Below are positions 26,344 through 34,825 of a DNA stretch of 40,370 nt, piece after piece. The DNA is taken from assembly GCA_035638715.1 (NCBI GenBank), contig DASQZL010000110.1, positions 1 through 40,370 on the forward strand, written 5' to 3'. The translations under genes were made by a program, and so were the position numbers. Every line of letters starts with the position of its first letter. Positions within the stretch are counted from its first letter, which is position 1. Source of the stretch: Balneolaceae bacterium (GTDB lineage Bacteria > Bacteroidota > Rhodothermia > Balneolales > Balneolaceae). The notes below the pieces were generated by a model. That model was given only the letters and a program-made list of their open reading frames with translations, did not search any database and was not told the DNA's origin.

Positions 26344-28266
26344 ATGGAAAGTGAAATTAGTGCCGGCCCTTTACTTGAACCCATCCATTCGCCAGATGAT
26401 TTAAAGAAACTGGATCCGGATCAACTGGTTGAATTGTGTGATGAATTGAGAGATTATATTATTGAAACGGTCTCAGTCCATGGCGGGCATTTTGGAGCAA
26501 GTCTGGGCACCGTTGAACTTACTGTGGCCCTGCACTACGTATTCGATACCCCCAGAGATCGTCTGGTATGGGATGTTGGACATCAAGCCTATGGACACAA
26601 AATTTTGACCGGACGGCGCCCTCAATTCCATACGAACCGTAAATATAAAGGATTGGCTGGTTTTCCAAAGCGGGAAGAAAGTGAATATGATACCTTTGGT
26701 GTTGGCCATTCAAGCACTTCTATTTCTGCTGCTTTGGGAATGGCTACAGCCCGCGATCTTGACGGAGGCGATAACCACGTCGTTACAATCACCGGCGACG
26801 GGGCCATGACGGCGGGATTAGCTTTTGAGGGACTCAATAATGCCGGGTATCTCAATAAGGATATGATTGTCATCCTTAATGATAATGATATGTCTATAGA
26901 TCCCAATGTTGGTGCTCTTAATGAATATTTGGTTGAGATAGCAACCAGTAAAACGTTTAATAAACTGCGTGATGAGATCTATAACATGCTCAGCCAGTTT
27001 AAATCGGCCGGAGAGAAGATGCAGAAAGTTGCCTCCAGGCTTGAAAAAGCTATTGGTACGGCTATCACTCCCGGCGGACTATTTCAGGCGCTGGGTTTCA
27101 AGTATTATGGCCCTGTGGATGGACATAATATCGATACGCTCCGTCGTACACTCAATGATCTGAAGGATATTCCGGGTCCAAAGCTGTTGCACGCCGTTAC
27201 AGTTAAGGGGAAAGGATTTGCCCCGGCGGAGAGAGAGCAAACGAAATGGCACTCACAGAGCAGCCCATTCGATAAAATAACCGGAGAATCGCTTGCAAAA
27301 GATAACGGTCCGGATATTCCGCGTTATCAGCATGTTTTTGGAGATGCTATTGTCGAATTGGCTGAGGAAGATGATCGTATTGTCGGTATTACCCCGGCGA
27401 TGCCCAGCGGATCCAGCCTCTGGCCGCTCATGAAAGCATTTCCGGAACGGGCCTTCGATGTAGGTATTGCGGAACAACACTCCATCACATTTGCAGCCGG
27501 CCTGGCTACTGAAGGCAAAAAAGCATTTGCCGCCATCTATTCCACCTTCTTGCAACGGGCTTATGACCAGGTAATTCACGATGTCGCTATTCAAAATCTG
27601 CCTGTCGTATTTTGTATTGATCGTGCCGGACTGGTCGGGGCTGATGGACGTACCCACCATGGAGCTTATGATATTTCATATCTCCGTAATGTACCGAATA
27701 TGATTGTGTCTTCTCCCCTCAATGAACAGGGACTGCGCGATCTTATGTACACTGCATCTAAATATGAAGAATCGCCATGGGCTATTCGCTATCCCCGCGG
27801 AGAGGCAACGGGTATGGAAATGCGCGATGAATTTCACTCCGTAGAAATAGGAAAAGGAGAATGCCTGCGCGAGGGCGATGAAATAGCGATTCTTAGTTTT
27901 AGCCCCATTGGCAATTACGTAATTGAGGCAGCGGATAGACTCGAAGAAGAGGGTATCAACGTTGGACACTATAATATGCGGTTTGCCAAACCGTTGGATA
28001 CCGAATTAATTGATCAGGTTTGTCATTCGTATGAGCGAATCATAACAATCGAGGACGGTACTGTACTCGGTGGTTTTGGCGGGGCCGTTGCCGAATATCT
28101 ATCGGATAAACCCTCTCGCGTACCTGTAACAATTATGGGTATCCCGGATCGGGTTATTGAACATGGCACGCAGCGGCAGCTTCATGATGAAATTGGCATT
28201 GGTCCGGATGGCATCATAGAGCAGGTCAAGAGCGTTCAAAAGGGAATTGTTGCCCAAACAAGTTAA
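26344..28266 (+). CDS. dxs: 1-deoxy-D-xylulose-5-phosphate synthase
   Basis: GHFGASLGTVELTVALHYVF, GHQAYGHKILTGR, the ThDP motif GDGAMTAGLAFEGLNNAG and GIAEQH. I prefer ATG 26344 over the GTG at 26335 used by the ORF track. Confidence 0.95.
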   Translation: MESEISAGPLLEPIHSPDDLKKLDPDQLVELCDELRDYIIETVSVHGGHFGASLGTVELTVALHYVFDTPRDRLVWDVGHQAYGHKILTGRRPQFHTNRKYKGLAGFPKREESEYDTFGVGHSSTSISAALGMATARDLDGGDNHVVTITGDGAMTAGLAFEGLNNAGYLNKDMIVILNDNDMSIDPNVGALNEYLVEIATSKTFNKLRDEIYNMLSQFKSAGEKMQKVASRLEKAIGTAITPGGLFQALGFKYYGPVDGHNIDTLRRTLNDLKDIPGPKLLHAVTVKGKGFAPAEREQTKWHSQSSPFDKITGESLAKDNGPDIPRYQHVFGDAIVELAEEDDRIVGITPAMPSGSSLWPLMKAFPERAFDVGIAEQHSITFAAGLATEGKKAFAAIYSTFLQRAYDQVIHDVAIQNLPVVFCIDRAGLVGADGRTHHGAYDISYLRNVPNMIVSSPLNEQGLRDLMYTASKYEESPWAIRYPRGEATGMEMRDEFHSVEIGKGECLREGDEIAILSFSPIGNYVIEAADRLEEEGINVGHYNMRFAKPLDTELIDQVCHSYERIITIEDGTVLGGFGGAVAEYLSDKPSRVPVTIMGIPDRVIEHGTQRQLHDEIGIGPDGIIEQVKSVQKGIVAQTS

Positions 28267-28276
28267 TTTATTGATT

Positions 28277-28306
28277 AGAGGAGGTGCTTTTAAACACATC
28301 TCCTCT
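28277..28306. terminator. Hairpin between convergent dxs and the GNAT gene (possible bidirectional terminator)
   Basis: AGAGGAGGTG (28277-28286) pairs with CAC-AT-CTCCTCT (28295-28306), giving 10 bp with a 2-nt bulge and an 8-nt loop. The flanking sequence is moderately T-rich. Confidence 0.45.
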
Positions 28307-28348
28307 TCATTATTCGAACAAATAAAAAGGTTTTGCGGCAGTTCTTTA

Positions 28349-28858
28349 TTACGAATTTTTGGCCAAATTCTTAAGGGCCTCCCCCGTTAGTCGATAGGTT
28401 GTCCAGTCATTCAATGGTTTGGCTCCTATTGCTTCATAGAAGTCTATAGCCGGCTCATTCCAGTCTAACACCGCCCATTCAAAGCGACCACAGTCTCGTT
28501 CTACCGCTATTTGAGCCAAATATTTTAATATTTCGGTGCCGAACCCTTCATGCCGGTAGCTCTCTTTTACATAAAGATCCTCAAGGTACAATCCCGGTTT
28601 GCCCAAGAAAGTTGAGAAATTATGGAAAAAAAGTGCAAAACCTACAGGCTTTTGATTGTATTCGGCCAAAATAACTTCTGCATAGGTTTTTTTACCAAAT
28701 AAATATTCTCTCAATTGCTTTTCATTGGCCACTACCTGATCCGAAAGTTTTTCATAGGCTGCCAATTCTTCTATAAATTTTAAAATAGTTAAAAGATCTT
28801 TTTCTTCTGCAAAGCGAAGTTTCAGATCAGAGCTGTTGTCCGATATATCTTCTGTCAT
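28349..28858 (-). CDS. GNAT-family N-acetyltransferase (diamine/spermidine acetyltransferase-like)
   Basis: 169 aa. The acetyl-CoA-binding region is VKESYRHEGFGTEILKYL. The overall pattern is that of small GNATs. Confidence 0.78.
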   Translation of the reverse strand: MTEDISDNSSDLKLRFAEEKDLLTILKFIEELAAYEKLSDQVVANEKQLREYLFGKKTYAEVILAEYNQKPVGFALFFHNFSTFLGKPGLYLEDLYVKESYRHEGFGTEILKYLAQIAVERDCGRFEWAVLDWNEPAIDFYEAIGAKPLNDWTTYRLTGEALKNLAKNS

Positions 28859-28959
28859 ATTTAATTCAATTTAAAAATTTTGCGTGAGTTTGAGATACAA
28901 ATCATAAAATTCTGATTTTCGATTGGAGAGGAAAAAACCATAATAACTTCCTCTCTTTT

Positions 28960-29862
28960 TTAAATCATTTTTGAATTGGATATAGCTTTAATTTCTTGTG
29001 TATCGTACGCGGGAATTGCACCGTTTTTTGAGGCAACATAAGCGCCGGCAGCATTCGCAAAAGCAATAATCTCTTTCCCCGTTTTACCAGATTTAATCCC
29101 AGACAACAGAGCGGCGGTAAAGGCGTCCCCTGCCCCAACTGTATCGGCCACATTGACTTCATGGGACGGGCAACTAAACCAGGAATCATGATACAGTAGC
29201 TCAGCTCCCTCCGCACCTCTTGTAACTGCAATCACCGGACAGTCAAATTTTTGCGCCAGCATTCGGACGGATCCTTCGGATGATTTTGTAATTTTGAACC
29301 ATTCGTATAATTGTTCCAACTCTGATTCATTTATTTTAAGAATATCAGCTGCATAGAGGGAAGTTTCTATAATATCACGATTAAAATGAGGCGCTCGCAA
29401 ATTAACATCAAATACTTTGTGGCAATCACTATTTAATAACTGCTGAATGGTATTTCGACTTCTGCCGTTGCGTTGAGCCAAACTGCCAAATACGATGCCC
29501 CACGCTTTATCCAAGCGTTTGTAAAGAGCATTCTTTGGACTTATATAATCCCAGGCGGTTGGCTCTATGAATTGATAATTCGGATCGCCTGTCCTATCCA
29601 GCTCAACGGCAACAAAACCGGTCTCCCGTTTATTATCAATCTGTATAAGTTCGGTTGACAGTCCTTTTGCTCTGAGTCGCCGCAATGCCTCCTTTCCCAA
29701 ACGATCATCCCCTACCCGACTAAAAATAGTACTTTGTTCGCCTAAATTGTGCAAGTGAAGACACACATTCAGCGGAGCCCCACCCAGATAGAGCCCTGAA
29801 GGCAAACCATCCCACAAAATTTCACCGACACAAATGATTTCATTGTTAATATCGCGGGTCAT
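28960..29862 (-). CDS. PfkB-family carbohydrate kinase, probable fructokinase
   Basis: N-terminal GEILWD…GGAPLNV, C-terminal DTVGAGDAFTAALL. Adjacent to the GH32 gene. Confidence 0.85.
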   Translation of the reverse strand: MTRDINNEIICVGEILWDGLPSGLYLGGAPLNVCLHLHNLGEQSTIFSRVGDDRLGKEALRRLRAKGLSTELIQIDNKRETGFVAVELDRTGDPNYQFIEPTAWDYISPKNALYKRLDKAWGIVFGSLAQRNGRSRNTIQQLLNSDCHKVFDVNLRAPHFNRDIIETSLYAADILKINESELEQLYEWFKITKSSEGSVRMLAQKFDCPVIAVTRGAEGAELLYHDSWFSCPSHEVNVADTVGAGDAFTAALLSGIKSGKTGKEIIAFANAAGAYVASKNGAIPAYDTQEIKAISNSKMI

Positions 29863-29874
29863 AAGGATATGAGG

Positions 29875-31470
29875 TTATTTCCGATAAGAATGTAATTTCC
29901 AAATATCAAGAGAAGAAATTTTAAGGGTGCCACCCCGAGCAAATAATTGCAGTCCGTCTGAGCTTAGCCGGGGGTAAATATCATCCGTTATGACTCTTTT
30001 TCCCTCATTGGCAAAAACTTCAACCGAACTTCGATCCACCAGGATATGCAAATGAATCAGACCATTTTCGAGCCGGAGTGGCGCTGACTGTATGCCTCCG
30101 GGAAAAGCCTTGCTAAACTGATCCCTGCCAGAATGAGTTCTATTTACGTAGAGCTCGTTTTGGTTGGGTTTATATCCGATGACGGTTTGTTGATTTTTCC
30201 CTTTTCGAACGATGAAACCGATTTTTTTTGCCGTACTCGGTTTCAAAGTGGCTTGAATTTCTACTGAGGTACCGGTTATACCTTTTTTACTGAGAGAAAG
30301 TTTTCCGGAATGAATGGCAAGATTTGAGAAATGAAAGTGCTGACCTCGCAATGAATGCAATTCTTTCACTGGATTTTGCAATAAATAATAGCTGTCGTCA
30401 CCTTTTTGAAGCGTAATACTTCGCGGAACGGTCATCATTCCCCTGAACGGATGTGTAGGAGCTTGCTGTGCATATTGCCAGTTGTCCATCCAGGCCAGCC
30501 ACAGGGTACGCCCGTCGCTGGCGGGGATATTGGCCCAGGAAGTAGCAGCATAAAAATCCATGCCATAATCAACCCGATGAGGATTATCTTTAAATGCCGG
30601 ATCGGGGATAAATGTTTTACCATTGAAATTGCCTACAAAATATAGCCCATTTTGAACGCTATCTATTTTGCCTGAAATTTCAAGCACCCACTTTTTCTGA
30701 GATGGTTCATTTTTCACATGAACCTTGCTCAATATAGGGCATTCCCAGTTTCCTTCGGTGGCTCCCTGGGGTCCGAAATCGCTCAACTTTTTCCAATGTA
30801 TCAAATCGGGAGACCGATAAAATCTGACTTTATGCTGCGCCGAGAGAGCCACGACCATGATCCATTCTTTATCCGGAGCATACCAAAAGACTTTGGGATC
30901 CCGGAAGTTTTTGGAATGCAAAGTGATAACCGGGTTACCCTTGAATTTGGTCCAGGTATGTCCGTGATCAAGACTATAGGCTAATCGCTGATCCTGAATA
31001 TGGGTCTTTGTGTTATAACCCGCATAAATAGCAACCATGGGAATTTTACCATTTTTACCAAAACCGCTGGTGTTATTGGAATCGACGACGGCACTGCCGG
31101 AAAAGATCATCTCATTGTTGGCTTCAGGAATGGCTACGGGAAGCTGTTTCCAATGTATCATATCGGAAGAAACAGCATGGCCCCAGCTCATGTGTCCCCA
31201 TTTATTGCCAAAAGGATTATATTGAAAAAAGAGATGATATTCCCCATCAAAATAAACAAGCCCATTGGGATCATTGGTCCAGTTTTTAGCTGGAGTAAAA
31301 TGAAATTGGGGGCGGAAGGGGTTTGGCTTATTTGTCGGAGCGGTTTGTAAACTATCACTTTGTGCCTGACAATAAGCAAAAGAAGGAAATATTAGGGACG
31401 ACAATATTACCAGTGCTAAAAATTGTTGTATGATATGAAGTAATTTTTTATTTAGAGACACTGGATTCAC
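29875..31470 (-). CDS. Secreted glycoside hydrolase family 32 (beta-fructofuranosidase/levanase/inulinase)
   Basis: Signal peptide. WTNDPNGLVYFDGEYHLFFQYNP (nucleophile motif), FRDPKVFW (RDP motif) and NWECP (EC motif). The start codon is GTG. Confidence 0.9.
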   Translation of the reverse strand: MNPVSLNKKLLHIIQQFLALVILSSLIFPSFAYCQAQSDSLQTAPTNKPNPFRPQFHFTPAKNWTNDPNGLVYFDGEYHLFFQYNPFGNKWGHMSWGHAVSSDMIHWKQLPVAIPEANNEMIFSGSAVVDSNNTSGFGKNGKIPMVAIYAGYNTKTHIQDQRLAYSLDHGHTWTKFKGNPVITLHSKNFRDPKVFWYAPDKEWIMVVALSAQHKVRFYRSPDLIHWKKLSDFGPQGATEGNWECPILSKVHVKNEPSQKKWVLEISGKIDSVQNGLYFVGNFNGKTFIPDPAFKDNPHRVDYGMDFYAATSWANIPASDGRTLWLAWMDNWQYAQQAPTHPFRGMMTVPRSITLQKGDDSYYLLQNPVKELHSLRGQHFHFSNLAIHSGKLSLSKKGITGTSVEIQATLKPSTAKKIGFIVRKGKNQQTVIGYKPNQNELYVNRTHSGRDQFSKAFPGGIQSAPLRLENGLIHLHILVDRSSVEVFANEGKRVITDDIYPRLSSDGLQLFARGGTLKISSLDIWKLHSYRK

Positions 31471-31711
31471 ACTTAATAATTATTTAGAATAACATGAGCC
31501 AAATATAAAAAAACTGCTGGATGGAGCGAGAATAAGCGTAAATAAGTGTTCTATTACTTTACACAAAGTTCTGCTGAGAAAACACAGAGATCCACAGAGG
31601 TACTATCTCGGTGAAGCAGCTTCTATCACAGCCCGCTTGCAAGACCTAACTTCAACTCACATTATTTTAATAATAATCATTTTGATTTAATTTAAGCCAA
31701 CATATTATAAA

Positions 31712-32353
31712 ATGAAAACTTGCTATTTTACTTTATGGGCAACCGTTTTAATTTTTGTTATTCATCTAAATTCGGCTAAAGCACAACTTGTACCTAAGCG
31801 ATCCAAACAACCACAAAAGGAAATTGCGATTCAAAAATGGAGAACCTTGGTGAATCATGGACGCATGCTGGCAGGCTCCTCCAATGCCCCCGTCACGCTG
31901 GTGGAATTCAGTGATTTTCAATGCCCTCACTGCGCAAAATTCGAGCAGACGCTTACCAAATATCTAAAAAAGCATCCGCATCAGTTGCGTGTAATTATCA
32001 TTTATTTTCCCCTGCCCCAACACCGGTGGGCCAGAGAGGCAGCCAAACAAGCAGATGGCGTTGCCCATTATGGAGACTTTGAAACCTTTGTAAAGCTTTT
32101 ATATAAGAATCAGGATAAATTTTCCTCTCAACCCTGGGACAGCCTCGCGAAACTGGCCGGAGTAAAAAATTTGAAAGCCTTACATCAGTATGTCCACAGA
32201 AAGTCGCTGAATAATAAAATTCAAAAGGATATGAGACTGGGAATTTCCGTTGGCTTGAGACAAACTCCCACTATCATCATTAATCGGAAATTCTATTCGG
32301 GTGAGCTGTCTTACCAGGAATTACAAAATGCAGTACGGGAGGCGCAAAAATGA
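31712..32353 (+). CDS. Secreted DsbA-like thiol:disulfide oxidoreductase (thioredoxin fold)
   Basis: Signal peptide. VEFSDFQCPHCAKF carries the CPHC active site. The late TPT segment (RQTPTIIIN) is the cis-Pro loop. Confidence 0.8.
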   Translation: MKTCYFTLWATVLIFVIHLNSAKAQLVPKRSKQPQKEIAIQKWRTLVNHGRMLAGSSNAPVTLVEFSDFQCPHCAKFEQTLTKYLKKHPHQLRVIIIYFPLPQHRWAREAAKQADGVAHYGDFETFVKLLYKNQDKFSSQPWDSLAKLAGVKNLKALHQYVHRKSLNNKIQKDMRLGISVGLRQTPTIIINRKFYSGELSYQELQNAVREAQK

Positions 32354-32369
32354 TATCGGAAAATGAACG

Positions 32370-33113
32370 CTAAATCATATACGATCCGCCATTAATATGA
32401 AAGGTAGCGCCGGTCATGTGTTTTACCTTGCCGGTTGATAAAAAGACACCGAGCTCAGCCACCTCTTCGGGTGATGTGATTTCATCAAACGCCATGCCCT
32501 CTGTTAAATATTCTTCACCATAAACATCTGTTGATTCCAGAGCCATATCTGTTTTGATAAATCCCGGAGCGATAGAATAAGCAACAATTCCATGTTTGCC
32601 AAAATCCCGGGCTATGCTCTTCGTAAAGGCTACCAAACCGCCTTTCGAAGCAGCGTAGGCTGCATATTCCTGGGTGTCGCCCCGATAGGCTGCCCGTGAG
32701 GCAATATTTATGAGAATACCTCCGTCCTCCTTTTGCCAGCGGTTTAAAGCCCATTTTGATAAAAGAGCCGGGGCACGAAGGTTCACCTGCTGTGTTTTAT
32801 CCCATGTTTGCAGCCATGCCTCATCGTCCTTGTCCATGCCGGCTTCTTCAAAAATGCCCGCATTATTTATAAGCACATTGGGCGATTTAGAGCGATTGAA
32901 TATGGGTTTGAGTACTTTTTCTGCCTGAATGGGATCAGCTAAATCGACAGACAGCGATTCAAAATGCTCATTGTCTGAAAATTTCTCGGGAAAGGGTGAG
33001 TTATGTCTCGTCCCAATAACGGTTGCCCCCTGATCCAATAATTTTTCCGTAATATGCTTTCCAATGCCCCGCGATGCGCCCGTTACCAGCGCATGGATTT
33101 CAGAATTGGTCAT
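32370..33113 (-). CDS. Short-chain dehydrogenase/reductase (SDR), substrate unknown
   Basis: TGASRGIG cofactor motif, NNAG, and the catalytic YAASK. Confidence 0.85.
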   Translation of the reverse strand: MTNSEIHALVTGASRGIGKHITEKLLDQGATVIGTRHNSPFPEKFSDNEHFESLSVDLADPIQAEKVLKPIFNRSKSPNVLINNAGIFEEAGMDKDDEAWLQTWDKTQQVNLRAPALLSKWALNRWQKEDGGILINIASRAAYRGDTQEYAAYAASKGGLVAFTKSIARDFGKHGIVAYSIAPGFIKTDMALESTDVYGEEYLTEGMAFDEITSPEEVAELGVFLSTGKVKHMTGATFHINGGSYMI

Positions 33114-33218
33114 TATTTTAAAACAGTCTTCTGTATTTACTGTATGAATAAATAGCGGAAGCCAAATACTGCTCTCCTATAAAAATTATCAGCTTTGGAA
33201 ATTATCGAACCATTAAAA

Positions 33219-33755
33219 CTACCGCTGTCGATAAACCGGTACGTTAGAGCAGGCTTCCCCGTACATCAATTTTTTAACATGCGGTACCAGTTTTTTCGTC
33301 GCATAAAGATAGGCGCTCTCTGGCACCGGCTTCTCACTGTCGCTGCATCCTTTAAGAATAACAAATTTATCCTCATATTCTTTCCAGTCTATATTTTCGA
33401 GACTGCGACGATATAATTCATCGCGAACGACAGAAGTATCGCCCTTGAAAACATCTTTAACAAACGGCACAGCATACTGGGCCACAAGCATATAAGCCCA
33501 TTTGGAAATAATTGCATCTGTGGAGCAGAAAACGGCAAGATACTTATCTTGATATTGCTCCCAGTCGTGTTCCTCCAAAGCCTGCCTGTAATTTTCTTCT
33601 TTAAGGATAAGTTCCTCATAAAGAAAATTTTTCAGGTCAAGCTCAGCTATAGGCGTTTCATCAAAGTATTCCTGTAAATCAAGCGTTACAAGTTTCTTCG
33701 ATTGCTGGATTTTATTGACAATAGGTCCGTCTTTTGTTGCCTGAGAAGATGCCAT
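33219..33755 (-). CDS. Conserved hypothetical protein linked to the suf cluster (possibly a DUF2480-type protein)
   Basis: 178-aa acidic soluble ORF directly downstream of the A-type carrier gene (15-bp gap). The family name comes from memory of similar suf-adjacent genes and is not verified. Confidence 0.55.
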   Translation of the reverse strand: MASSQATKDGPIVNKIQQSKKLVTLDLQEYFDETPIAELDLKNFLYEELILKEENYRQALEEHDWEQYQDKYLAVFCSTDAIISKWAYMLVAQYAVPFVKDVFKGDTSVVRDELYRRSLENIDWKEYEDKFVILKGCSDSEKPVPESAYLYATKKLVPHVKKLMYGEACSNVPVYRQR

Positions 33756-33770
33756 AATACGATAAATACT

Positions 33771-34109
33771 TTAAACTGAAAAAGATTCACCACAAGAGCA
33801 CGTCCGGTTGGCATTTGGATTATGAAAATGAAAGCCTTCGCCCTCAAGCCCTTCGGTATAATCCAGTTCTGTACCTGACAAGTACAGAAAACTGCGCATA
33901 TCAACGATGAGTTTAATGCCGTTGTCCTCAAAAAGCTGATCTTTTTGAGACTCGTCCGGTTCCCCCTCATCAAAATCAAGTTCATAGGTAAGACCGGAAC
34001 AGCCGCCGCTTACCACGCCGACTCGCAATTTAACATCGTCATCGAAATTATGTTCGCTCTGCAATTGATGAATTCGCTGAGCAGCCCGATCACTTACAGT
34101 AATAGACAT
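33771..34109 (-). CDS. A-type Fe-S cluster carrier (HesB/IscA/SufA/ErpA family)
   Basis: 112 aa. GGCSGLTYELDFD and the C-terminal CSCGESFSV give the three conserved Cys. Confidence 0.88.
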   Translation of the reverse strand: MSITVSDRAAQRIHQLQSEHNFDDDVKLRVGVVSGGCSGLTYELDFDEGEPDESQKDQLFEDNGIKLIVDMRSFLYLSGTELDYTEGLEGEGFHFHNPNANRTCSCGESFSV

Positions 34110-34132
34110 AATGCATTTGTCCTAAGTTCCGA

Positions 34133-34684
34133 TTAAACAGAAACAATTTCTATGTTCGGATCAACACGTTTAACCATACTTTCAATAGCATACAGCGTAC
34201 CCGATGTGGCTGTCGGGCAGGTACCGCATGCGCCCTGGTAGTGAACTTTTAAGCGATTGTCTTTCAAACCAAGGATTTTCAATCCACCACCATCAGCCAA
34301 TAAGTATGGGCGAACTTGTTCGTCCAGCATTTTATTGATTTCAATCAGACGTTCGTCATCTGTCTCCTGAACTTCTTTGGTAGCATGGACTTCATCATCT
34401 TCCTCTATATTTGACTGAGCCTCTGCTTCACGAATCGGCGGAGCCAATTTTCGAAGCAGTTCTGACCATACAGCTTCGCCGTCTTGCGTAACCGTAACAT
34501 ACTGGTTCACATAGTAAACACTTATAACATGATCTATGGCGAATAGTGACTCGGCCAAGCTGTCATTTTCAACCTCATCCACACTTTCGTATGATTTGGT
34601 AACTCCATTTGTCAGTGGAGTTCCAAGCACAAAACGCATTGCGTCAGGATTTGGTGTTCGCTCTATTTCTTTGATCTTAGGCAT
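34133..34684 (-). CDS. Nfu/NifU-like Fe-S scaffold/carrier (Nfu_N domain plus NifU C-terminal CxxC domain)
   Basis: The N-terminal TPNPDAMRF pattern indicates Nfu_N. The C-terminal LLADGGGLKILG…GACGTCP indicates the NifU C-domain. Confidence 0.8.
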   Translation of the reverse strand: MPKIKEIERTPNPDAMRFVLGTPLTNGVTKSYESVDEVENDSLAESLFAIDHVISVYYVNQYVTVTQDGEAVWSELLRKLAPPIREAEAQSNIEEDDEVHATKEVQETDDERLIEINKMLDEQVRPYLLADGGGLKILGLKDNRLKVHYQGACGTCPTATSGTLYAIESMVKRVDPNIEIVSV

Positions 34685-34825
34685 ATTGCAAGAGTTTTTA
34701 TTTGTACTTATTCAATTTTGAAAACGAATGTAAACAGGATTTAGTTTCTTGTAATTGTACGAAATTCGGCAGTTAAACCATAAATTACAATCTGAAATTT
34801 AGGCACCATAGTTAAATAGCGAATT

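Noticed and set aside
31565-31625. Tandem ACACAGAG / CCACAGAG motif upstream of the GH32 and dsbA-like genes, reminiscent of CACAGAG-type short repeats I recall from some Bacteroidota genomes.
   Set aside because: Only two short units occur in this window with no further copies, so I cannot establish it as a repeat family from this sequence alone.
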